This document shows positions 53,509 through 64,000 of a stretch of DNA of 64,000 bases, piece after piece; positions within the stretch are counted from its first letter, which is position 1; each line of letters starts with the position of its first letter. The DNA is from Zootoca vivipara. Lineage: Eukaryota. Made by a program: the position numbers and the translations under genes. The notes beneath the pieces were generated by a model, which saw only the letters and a list, made by a program, of their open reading frames with translations, was not told the DNA's origin and ran no database searches. Location of the stretch: NCBI RefSeq assembly GCF_963506605.1, contig NC_083278.1, forward strand, positions 104,904,001-104,968,000. The letters are read 5' to 3'.

Positions 53509-55439
53509 AATGCTTAACATTTTCTAATCAAGGAAGTTGCATGCTCACTTTCACAATTGGCAATCCTTGTGAGTCAGTTCATCTCAATTTTGAATTACTG
53601 TAAAATATTTTACAAAAAAATTGTATAATCTTGCTAATTTACGTAGATTGTTTCATTGATGTATCCTCTACTAACCTTGAATTGGTTGTCTGAATATTTC
53701 CTGCACAGAAGATAGTTTCAGTTACATACTGTTTTCACTAAGTTTAGAATTTTGGAATAATAATTGTCTAAAAATCAAGGTGGGCAAAGATTATAAGATC
53801 AGTTAAAAATGTTGGTTGCCTAGTGCAGTACCAAACACCATCCTTAAATACAACCAATTTTCTTGTAAATTTTAACAGTGGTCCTACTCTGAGTAAACTC
53901 ATGGACCTGACTAACTTAGGATAATTAGAGTTTACTGTGAATAGGACTGAGTTGAATACAACCCAATGGGCAGGATTCAACTAACCTGCCCCCCCCCCCT
54001 TGAGGGTCAGGAGAACACACAGGGAGCAGCGGGAAGATTGTTCTACCTGGCAAGCAAAAATGCTTGTGATATTTTTATTTTCAGCCAAAAGGCAAGCAAC
54101 AGTTGACAGACAAATCTGTATTCTCAATGCCAGAACAAAATACCTTCTCACAGTTTGTGGACGAGGTCACAGATGTTTTTACTTTTGAAGTGGGGGAGAC
54201 ATAGATAGAAAGTGGTCTTTTCTATTGTAACCCTTCCTGTTTAGTGTTCTTACCTTAAAAAGCAAAACAAAAAACCCACATTTGTCCTTGTATGAGTATA
54301 GAAAGGGCTGTGGGTGAGAGTGGCTTATGACAGGCTATGATTTATCTCAAGCTTGCCAGTGATGTTCATTAGGGGTTGGGCCAAAGGTCAGTCTACTGAA
54401 GTTGCCTCTTCCCATGCCAAATCAAGCACTCCACTAGATGCATAAGCTTAAGGTACACTAGTTTTACTTTGAAATGTTTAAAAAGTTTGCAAATGAAAGC
54501 AGACTTGTATTAGAGCGGGGAGTCCCCCCCCCACGCACACACACACTTCAGGTGTGTGCCAGGGATCTACAGCACAGTATTTTATAGCAGGACCCCACCT
54601 GTATATAGTAAGTCTCCAATTTTTAGGTAGCCAAAATAGTAACATGCATGTAGAAAAGGGGTAACAGCCTTGCTGGCTGATGGGAAACCCATCAGTTACC
54701 TGGAAACTTAATGGGAAGCACCCCACCAACATACTAACAGCAAACTTAGGTACTGAATTAAGCCTATTTAGCATCACAAATGGCTACTGAGAAATCAGCA
54801 ATAGAGGCATGTTTAGAGATACTTCTAGGTATGCAGAAGAAAATGGGAGCAGGATCTTCAGTACAGCTCACTGAGGACAATATGTGCCAGGCATCCCCAA
54901 ACTGTGGCCCTCCAGATGTTTTGGCCTACAACTCCCATGATCCCTAGCTAACAGGACCAGGGGTCGGGGAAGATGGGAATTATAGTTTGTCCTGTGGTGG
55001 AATAGAGAATCCAGAAAGGACATGTTGGCTGTACTGAACCAGCAGCAGTTAACATTTTTTTTACCAGTGCCACTTGTCTATTTGTTAATGATTCAAAGCA
55101 CTTCATATGCATTCTCATTAATCCTTGCTACATTACTGAATTCCAAACCAATATAAGCTTTTAAACAGCTCTTCACAGCTCTTGCATTTAGAGTCTATTT
55201 TAGACCCAATGCAAATATTACATTTCCACCTGCCTTTGAACCAGTAAGCGCTCAAGGGGGCGGTGGGAGAGAGAGAAGGTTGCCTGTAGAAAATCTTAAA
55301 TCTGCAGGATGGTGTCAAGTAGACTTCTTGAGTACATGGATACATGACACATTTGATCCTAAAACAAACAGTCTGGAATCTTTGAAAACTACCTTGTTAC
55401 AGATTGCTACAAAAAAAAAATCTTGCTGCAGGTCTTTGC

Positions 55440-58400
55440 TTAAGCTACAGAGAACTTGAAGCAAGTTGTGGTCTTGTATTCCTCTCCTGGGTGCAGCAGG
55501 CTATCTGGGAAATTAGGCTGTAAGAATTAAAAAAAAGTAAAACTCAACATTTGTGCACTTTTAGAAGAAAAATTACTTGCATCTAGGGTTTTGTTTTGGT
55601 CAGGGGTCCCTTTAACTTTCAGGGTTTTGTTTTATCTCATTTGGAACAAACCATTACAAAATTGGGAGTCAAATCCTTGCCAAATCTACTGCAAATCATT
55701 CATATATACTAGCAGAACCTGATCTACCTTTGGCATGCTACACAAACAGCTGTAAGAACATATAACCACAAGCTTTCTACACATATACATAGTATTCTTG
55801 AATTGGTTCACATTTGGTTAATCAACTTTTGGTGTTTTGAGCTGCAATCCTGTACATACTTAACTGAGTGTAAAGTTATATTAAGCTCAGTGGGTTTTAC
55901 TGTGAGCAGTTATGCCTAGGAATGCACTGTTAAGTCTGAGAATGCAGAGAAACTGCAAAGGAGCTGTGCCGTTTTAGAGTGGCGGGGGAATCGCCTAACT
56001 GATTTTTTTATTGATCTAAAAAAAACTTCCTGTGCACAGAAAAGCAGCCTTGCGCTGCATACCAAAATGTGATCTACCTGCAGTCAGAAATGAGATAATC
56101 ACGGAATAGCTGTACCATGTGATTTCAATGCTTATGCACATCCACCCATTACTGGTTTCTATGTTCTTTTGAGTATCCTCAAAATGAAATCTGCAATAAC
56201 CCACTGAAGCTGAGCCCCAAGACAGTTTTGTGTAGCTTCTATTCTGTGTGGCCCCGTGGTCATATATAACTTAAGAATGTACCTGGTTCACTGCATTTGG
56301 CCAGTTCTGTGTTTCCAGGCAGAAGCCAGAATGCTTGGGATACACACAGCCTCCTTTTCCCTTTAGAGTGCCATCTAAAGAATTCCCAGTGTAAAATTGA
56401 ACTCCAGGCTGAGTTGTATAAACTTCTATCACTCTGCCACTAGGGGGGTGATGGGCTCTGTAAAAAGAAAGTATCTGTTAATTACATTTCCAGGAGTCTC
56501 TACTCAGAGAAAAGAAAAGGCCCTTGGTACTCTGCATTCAGTTATGTGTAGTGGTAGCCAGCAGCTCTTAATAATAGATGCATGGGAAACGGCACTTGAG
56601 TGCAAGGAAGGGGCTGTGCAAATTTTAAAAGAAGTCACTTGGTCACATCCTAAGATGCATTTGCCTTTTAGCTGCCTTTCTTTCCATAAATACATGATAA
56701 TGCATCACATGAGAATTCCAAGAGGCAACAAAATACTTATCTCCCTGATTAAGTTGTAGCCAGAGAGAACAGACTGTGGCTTTGGATCACATCCGTGCCA
56801 TATCAAAAGACACATTTAGCCAGTTCAGTGGGTCCAGGCAGGGTGAGCATCATGTTGCCAAAGCTCACTGCCTGTGCTGGCTCAAGTTACTTACGTGTTA
56901 TCACAGTACACAAGGTAGATTAAGAGCATCCTGCAATACCAGCCTTCCACAAGTGAAATTCGCAAGACATCTGTGAAAACCTGAGCATGGTTAAAAGCAA
57001 AATACTGTAGCTTATTGTTAACACTTTCCCCAAATCTCGGGTGGGAAGTTATGGAAGTGTAAATTATATAAATCATGCACTTTCCTCCACATTGCACACT
57101 TTTGGTCTTCCTATCAGAATGGAACTTGGAGGACATTATCATTTTAATTATGTAAGTGATTTGTCTAATCACATCCATGGGTATCTATACTTCCAATCCT
57201 TGTCATTTATTAATTTATTTACTGTTTATTGCCAAAATAGGCTTCTAAGCAATTTGCAAGTATGGAAATCAATTGCACAAGCAATCTATACTGTATACTA
57301 AAATCAACCTTAAACTGGACCTGAGCATTTTCTGTAGTAGCCTCAATGCTGTGGAGGGTCACATCGGGTATCTGCTTGCTTTCTGCTAACTGGTAAAATT
57401 ATCCCAGTTGACCTTTGAAAACTGAAACTGAGGACTGCTTCCCATGTTTTACGGTGATTTTGTTGCCTTTTCTTTTGTGGGGTATGGTTTTAATTAAACG
57501 GTTTCGATGTTTTTATTGCTTTATTTTAAATCTGTAAAGCCCTATGATATATTTTATTAACAGCAGTGTACAAATACTCTTAAATAAACTGGGAGAAGGA
57601 AGAGCATGAAACAAAATGTTTTGGTCAATATGCTGTCAAACAAAGGTGACAAACCAAACGTGTACCTCGCACAGAAGCGTGTTTCTTTCGTCTGCGGCAG
57701 GCAGAAATTGTGGTCAAACCCTCCGAGCTTAAACTTCTGTAGGTGTTTTCCAAATTCCACTGGCTTTCTCAGATCAAAACCTGTGTCCTGCACTGAAGCA
57801 ATTTCTCCTAATGGAGAAACAACAAAGAAAGAGGCAAAGGAACTCTACACATTTAGCAACCTTCCACAGCAATTCTTAAAAATGTGGTGGATAGAACAAA
57901 GACGGACATCTGGAAACAGCAAGCTCCACCAAAAAGTCCACCACAGCAACAAACCACACACAGAACAATTTAGTGTGGGATTCCCAAACCACAGGTGGTC
58001 TGAAAGGACATACCTAACATTGCCACCATTCCCACTTAAACCAAGAATGGGGAACCTGTAGCTCTCCAAATGTCAATCCTGGACCACTATGTCCTACCAT
58101 TAGGCAGAGTCAGGCAGTTGCCTTAGGCAGTTCATATGGGGGGGGGGGGAGACTGGACAGCTGTGAGTGTTATGTCATGTTCTCCTTTCGACGTCTTAAG
58201 ATTTAACCTCCATCTAAGAACATAAGCAGTGCACTGCTGGGTTAGTCTAGCAGCGCATATAATTCAGCATCCTGTTTTCACCGTGACCACCCACCCTGTG
58301 TTTTTATGGCATTGTTCCAGTTTTAGAAAACCAAACTGATTGACCACAGATTTGAACTCAGGGCTAGCACCCTGCACTGAGGCCAGTTCTGCACAGTTGG

Positions 58401-59617
58401 CCATGGCAGCTCCCTAGATAACATCTGTAGATTCAAGAGCATTCATCTTAAAAAGCAACCAACCTGTGGGGATCTGGGTTTCATCCACTGGCAGGTAAGA
58501 ATCTGCCTGTATGGTAAATTCATGGTCGTAGATAGTGGGTGATCCCTGAAATATGAAGAGGGGGGGGGAACCCTAATATCAGAAAATAGAAGGAATTTTG
58601 CACCACCTTTGTTGTAAACGCAGAGCTGTAAAGGTAAAGGGACCCCTGACCATTAGGTCCAGTCGTGACCGACTCTGGGGTTGCGGCGCTCATCTCACAT
58701 TATTGGCCGAGGGAGCCGGCGTACAGCTTCCAGGTCATGTGGCCAGCATGACTAAGCCGCTTCTGGCGAACCAGAGCGGCACATGGAAACGCTGTTTACC
58801 TTCCCACTTGGAGTGGTACCTATTTATCTACTTGCACTTTGACGTGCTTTCGAACTGCTAGGTTGGCAGGAACTGGAACCGAGCAACGGGAGCTCACCCC
58901 ATCGCAGGGATTCGAACCGCCAACCTTCTGATCAGCAAGCCCTGGGCTCTGTGGTTTAACCCACAGCGCCACCTGCGTCCCTCCAAATCACGTTAATCAC
59001 TTTACTGAATCAAGGTCAAATGCCAATGAAGACCAAGATCAATTGATCTGGCATTTGGTCTCCAATAGTAACAACCCAGACTCAGAAGAAGCATATAAAT
59101 GGGGTGGGGAGGAAGCAATGGAGTATCCTGGGAAAAGGTATGACTGCCTGGAATCCTGAACACGGGCACATTCTGAGTGCCTCCAAACTCTCCATATTTT
59201 GTAGGATTCAAGTATGTAGTGGAAGTTTAGGTTTGTGCATTTAAAGTAGATTAAAGTCTTCTGTTCCCCTAGCCTAGTGCAACAAATTCCCTTTTTTAAA
59301 ACAAAATTTGTGGTTTTGACAATGACAGGGAAATGCATTGCAAAGTGGAATCAACACGTGACAAATGGGAAGATGTGTAAACAACACACAAACAAATCAG
59401 AATGAATGATCACTAAAGGCTGAGCAGTGTAAAAAGTAAAGTATCATAGTTGCCACACACTGCTGAGATATTCCAAAAATGAGGGGTGCTAAAAAGTAAC
59501 ATGACATGGGGATTCAAAGATATTTTGGTTAAATTAATATAATTTCATTTCACTTACAAAGTAAAATGTGTGTTAAATTGCATAGTGATCATTAAAAATG
59601 ACTGCCATGTACTTGCA

Positions 59618-59665
<48 letters not shown>

Positions 59666-60467
59666 TATTACTTAACCATACCTGACAATTCATAACCTAA
59701 AATTAAAATTCTCTGATTTTCTGAAAGCAGTTTATGTGCTTCTTCACCAAATGTAGATTTACTCAGCTACATGTTGTACAAGCACAAAAATAATAGCAGA
59801 TTTTAATTCCTCACATACAAAAAAAACTATTTTAAAAACTCCTCACTGAATAAATTTGCAAAAATTAACTTTTGCCCCCTAAAATGGCATGCCCTAAACT
59901 AAGAAGTACAGAAACAGTCTTAAATAAAGTAAATAATAAAGTTATGGGGTGCCTTCTCCCAAATGTTCCTATCCATTGTTCAAGTTCAGGGGACTGAAGC
60001 CTCGCACCCTGTTCCATTACTTAGAGAAGTACAGTACAGCCAACTTGGCAAGAAGGGATTATAATCAGGCAAGATGAGAACTAATAACCCTATGGAGTGG
60101 AGACCCTGTGGGGCTCCAGATGTCATTGGGCTGCAATTCCTATCAGCCCCCAGGCAGCATGACCAATTAGCGGGGAGTTGTAGTCCAACATCATCTGAAG
60201 GAACACAATCCTGTTCTACAGGATGTTACAGAATGGAAGAGCCAAATAGAGGTGCCTTACCTGGCCTGCAAGATTGAAGTACGCATGGTTTGTCAGATTG
60301 ACTGGTGTGGTCTTACTGCTTTGAGCTCTGTAACTGATGGTTAGCTCCCCATCCTTGAGAGTATACGTCACCCAGACTTTCAGCTCACCAGGATATCCCT
60401 CTTCGCCATCTGGACTTGCTCTGAAAAACCGTACGCCATCTGGCAGCACTTCAGGTTCCCAGATAGC
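55440..60467 (-). CDS. GALM: Galactose mutarotase (aldose 1-epimerase), last five coding exons; 5' exons lie beyond the right edge of the window
   Basis: Exons 60467-60261, 58545-58464, 57807-57666, 56457-56283, 55517-55440. Motifs [21 protein letters not shown] (catalytic His), [39 protein letters not shown] (catalytic Glu), ending FKFSVA*. Confidence 0.96.
58628..58981 (-). mobile_element. Full-length Sauria SINE
   Basis: Minus strand: GGGACGCAGGTGGCGCTGTGGGTTAAACC (A box), GGTTCGAATCC (B box), BovB-related 3' part and (ACCTTT) tail. Confidence 0.93.
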
Positions 60468-60626
60468 CTGCAATACAATTTCATTATTGTTTGTTTTTTT
60501 AAAAAAAAAAATCACATTGGCTAGAGTCCAGCTACTAGACTGATGTACCTAGATGAGCACGTGTGCCAAAAGATTACACGTGACAACCATGGATCACTTC
60601 CAGGATTCAAAATACTGTATTTAAAT

Positions 60627-60762
60627 CTGTGTTTCCCAAGCTTGGGCCTCCAGCTGTTTTCGGACTACAATTCCCATCATCCCTGACCACAGGTCTTGCT
60701 AGCTAGGGATGGTGGGAGTTGAAGTCCAAAACCAGCTGGAGACCCAAGCTTGGGAAACACTG
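60627..60762. mobile_element. 136-bp palindromic hAT MITE
   Basis: Inverted arms; 8-bp TSD ATTTAAAT. Confidence 0.88.
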
Positions 60763-61519
60763 ATTTAAATGAACTTTAATCTGCAACGATGAGGACTAGA
60801 GACAGTCCTCTATTAAATCACCAGAAAGATGCTTCACAGAGCAGTTTGGTAAACCATTCTTCAAAGTGCTTCCCACCCTCCTGCTGTTAAAACAGCTCAC
60901 CTGGGCCACCGGTCACCCATGCTGTCTGCTTGCTTGCCTGCTGTTCCATTGTCATGCTACCATTGGGACTGCAGCATGATGATAGCCTTACATTTTTATG
61001 TATATAGGAAGATATACACACATGTAATGCACGCTATATAGTAAGCTTGGTGAGAGACGGTGATTCACACATAAAACAGCCTTCCTCAAACTTATGCCTT
61101 CCACATGTTTTGGACTACATAAGATGGCCAGCATTAGATGAGGATTATAGCCCAAAACAGCTGGCACACACCAGGTTGTAGAAGGCTGCTGTAAAATTTC
61201 TTAAGCCTCAGCACCTGGGAAAGGATTATTCCAAACAAAAGCATGTGTTTCATGTGTTGGTTAACTGGCGGCATGAATGGGCAGTCTATCATAAAAAATC
61301 TAGCTGTTCCAACACGATGCCAACACTGAGCAGGCCACAAAAATAAGGTAAGACTACAGCACAGATCTTCACAGCTCAAACCCATTTAATTCTGTAAGGT
61401 GGTAATTCTGGCCGGTTGGTGTCCATCAGAGATGGGAACACAGGTGGGCAAAAATGATTGGGAAAATGTGTTCCTGTACTGAATCAGCCAAAGATCTATT
61501 CTCAAGTTTGTTCTTAAAA

Positions 61520-61857
61520 GGAAGGATGGCAGCTCAGTGGTAGAACATCTGCCCTGCACATAGAAGTCTGCAGGTTCAATCCTTGGCAACTCTTGTTAGG
61601 GCTGAGAAAGGAGTCTTGTCTGAAACCCTGGAGAGCCACTCCCAGTCAGTGTCAACAGTATTGAGTTAGGACAGGCATCCCCAAACTGCGGCCCTCCAAA
61701 TGTTTTGACCTACAACTCCCATGATCCCTAGCTAACAGGACCAGTGGTCGGGGAAGATGGGAATTGTAGTCCAAAACATCTGGAGGGCCAAAGTTTGGGG
61801 ATGCCTGAGTTAGGAGGACCAGTTATCTGTCTCAGTGTAAGGCAGCTTCCTAAGTTT
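61520..61857 (+). mobile_element. Squam2-like SINE interrupted by a hAT MITE (61672-61807)
   Basis: tRNA-like head AGCTCAGTGGTAGA...GGTTCAATCC. The MITE CAGGCATCCCCAAACT...AGTTTGGGGATGCCTG has an 8-bp TSD AGTTAGGA. Confidence 0.82.
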
Positions 61858-62237
61858 TCACTAGGCAATCTGTTTTCATTTAGGATTGTCATATTTCAAA
61901 AAACCAGGACAACCTGAAAGTTGAGATTTTTTTTTTAAGGAAACCACCATAATGGTTGAGCTCCTTTTAAGAAAACCAGAAAATTGTTGAACTTTTCTTT
62001 TTACAAAAGCGTGAGTTTTTGATTGAAGATCCAAGACAAAGCGCCACCTTTTGGAAATCCCCCCCCAGATGTCAATTCCACCTTTTAAATCCCAGTTATG
62101 TCAGACATATGCCAGCCCAAATTAATTATTTTTGTTGCTGGCATCCGACTATCTTGAGAGACAATGGAGTGTGCCTCTGGGGGGGGGGGGGACCAAACCG
62201 TTCCATTAGCACCACACAACAGTACCCCCCTCAGCTG

Positions 62238-62487
62238 AAGAAGAAGAAGAGTTTGGATTTGATATCCCGCTTTATAACTACCCGAAGGAGTCTCAAAGCG
62301 GCTAACAATCTCCTTTCCCTTCCTCCCCCACAACAAACACTCTGTGAGGTAGGTGGGGCTGAGAGACTTCAAAGAAGTGTGACTAGGCCAAGGTCACCCA
62401 GCAGCTGCATGTGGAGGAGCGGAGACGCGAACCCAGTTCCCCAAATTATGAGTCTACCGCTCTTAACCACTACACCACACTGGCACA
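62238..62487 (-). mobile_element. Full-length Squam3-type SINE
   Basis: Minus strand GCCAGTGTGGTGTAGTGGTTAAGAGC head, GGGTTCGCG B-box-like motif and (CTT)n tail; TSD TCAGCTG. Confidence 0.85.
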
Positions 62488-63843
62488 TCAGCTGCACTGA
62501 TGTGGCCCCAAGGAAAGCAGAGCAATAGGTATGGCACCGGCTTGGCTGCAGGAGTTGCCCGAAAGAGGCGTACAAGGTGCCATCCAACTGTCTTAGGGAC
62601 TACACTCTGGATTTGTGTAGGCTTTGCTCCTTAGCCTGTTCTCCCAGAGATCAGAGTTTTCCTTCTCACAGATGGGCTACCTTCCCAAGGGGATGAGCCC
62701 CATCAGCCCCCTCTACAGCTTCTTGACCACTGGACCCACTCTTGGTCTCATCCGCTCAGTCTGCCAGAGCACTCTCCTTGCATGCAAGGAAAGTCCTTAA
62801 CTCACCAAGGACTTGAGACCACCAGAGGTATTACCCCTCCCCTAACGCCCCATACACCCCAAATTAATGACACTCATATCTGTTTTTAAAGAATAGAAAG
62901 CTTTGACTGGAACTGGAATAAATAAAGCAAGCAAAGATAACCAAGCAGCCAAACCAAGTGTGAAGAAGGAAGCAAAACCTGTGCCTGGAAACAGCAAAGA
63001 GATATGATCGCCGCCATCAGTATGCATGCAAACAAATTGGGTGGATCCTTATGTCAGCCAGCCGTAGTTCTATAAAAAGCTAAAACCACCACTGAGTTTA
63101 GAAGCATAGCTATATCTATAGCTTTGCTTCCTGCAGAACTCAGGCCAATGCTGGGTCTCCTCATCAGAATAGACGCAAATTACACAGGAAATAGTTATAG
63201 CTGACAAGACATCCAGCCTCAAATCGGTCAAACAGAAAAACTCACATGTTGATTTCATTACTTCTCTATGTATTTTTCTGTTCAGATATAATTACTATTC
63301 TGTATACTAATCCTGCTATTTACACTAGAAGATGGATGAGGAATCTGTGGCCCTGGAGATATTGTTAGACTACTAACTGCTCCCACCATGCTAGTGGTCC
63401 CTTCCAGCTCTGATTCTCTGCCTGACCATTGGTCATGCTGGCCTGGGGTTGATGGGAGTTGGAGTTCAACAACATCTGGAGGGTCGCAGGTTCCCCATCG
63501 CAGCACTAAAGTGTGCTATAACTTGCCCAGTTTTTGCCTTTCTCTGGGAGCGACTCTTTCCCTCTTCCATTCCGGTTACAATCACAGGAGTCTTTTAACA
63601 TCAGTAAAGAAGGATCCTTTCTCCTTCCCTTTCAGGAAGACTCTGAGAAAGATCCAAGCTTGGCTTCAGAGGAAGAAAAGAAAGAATTGGGAGTTCACAG
63701 AAGTGTCTGCACGCTGAAGTGAACTTCCCAGAAGTCTCTGGTTGGCCACTGAGAGAAGAGAATGCCGGTCTAGCTGGCCCTTTGTTTTTATCCAGCAACT
63801 TAATGTTCTTACCTCGCTTGAATATGTCACCATGTCACCTGAT

Positions 63844-63895
<52 letters not shown>

Positions 63896-64000
63896 TTTGT
63901 ACCCCACCCATCCGGCTGGGTCTCCCCAGCCACTCTGGGCAGCTTCCAGCAAAGATTAAAACACAATAAAATGTCACAAATTAAAAACTTCCCTAAACAG

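Noticed and set aside
58880-58981. tRNA-like A/B boxes (also at 61520-61590 and 62420-62487)
   Set aside because: These are SINE heads continuing into SINE bodies and tails, with no complete cloverleaf, so they are not tRNA genes.

Overview
Vertebrate genomic DNA from a squamate reptile, probably a lacertid lizard (judged from Sauria/Squam SINEs, BovB and Penelope remnants). The window holds the conserved syntenic block MORN2(-) <> DHX57(+) >< GEMIN6(-) <> SRSF7(+) >< GALM(-, last five exons only); ARHGEF33 is expected further left by synteny. I traced exon boundaries by hand from GT/AG sites and phase continuity: DHX57 has 23 coding exons (1374 aa), GEMIN6 2 (167 aa), SRSF7 8 (235 aa), and MORN2 probably 5 (about 148 aa, longer than the classical 79-aa form). 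Introns and intergenic DNA are dense with transposon remnants, many with readable target-site duplications (TSDs): hAT and Tc1/mariner-type MITEs, a Helitron, LINEs (BovB, RTE, L2, CR1), SINEs, solo LTRs and Penelope-like fold-backs. The main observations are: a minimal hammerhead-ribozyme motif in a Penelope remnant; an unusual double N block exactly where the conserved SRSF7 poison-exon region should lie; a Met-free in-frame upstream extension of MORN2 next to an RFX X-box bidirectional promoter; and an inverted repeat pair bracketing a 420-nt frame-preserving block of DHX57 exons. I found no evidence of a prokaryotic-type system or of a wholly novel protein-coding gene.
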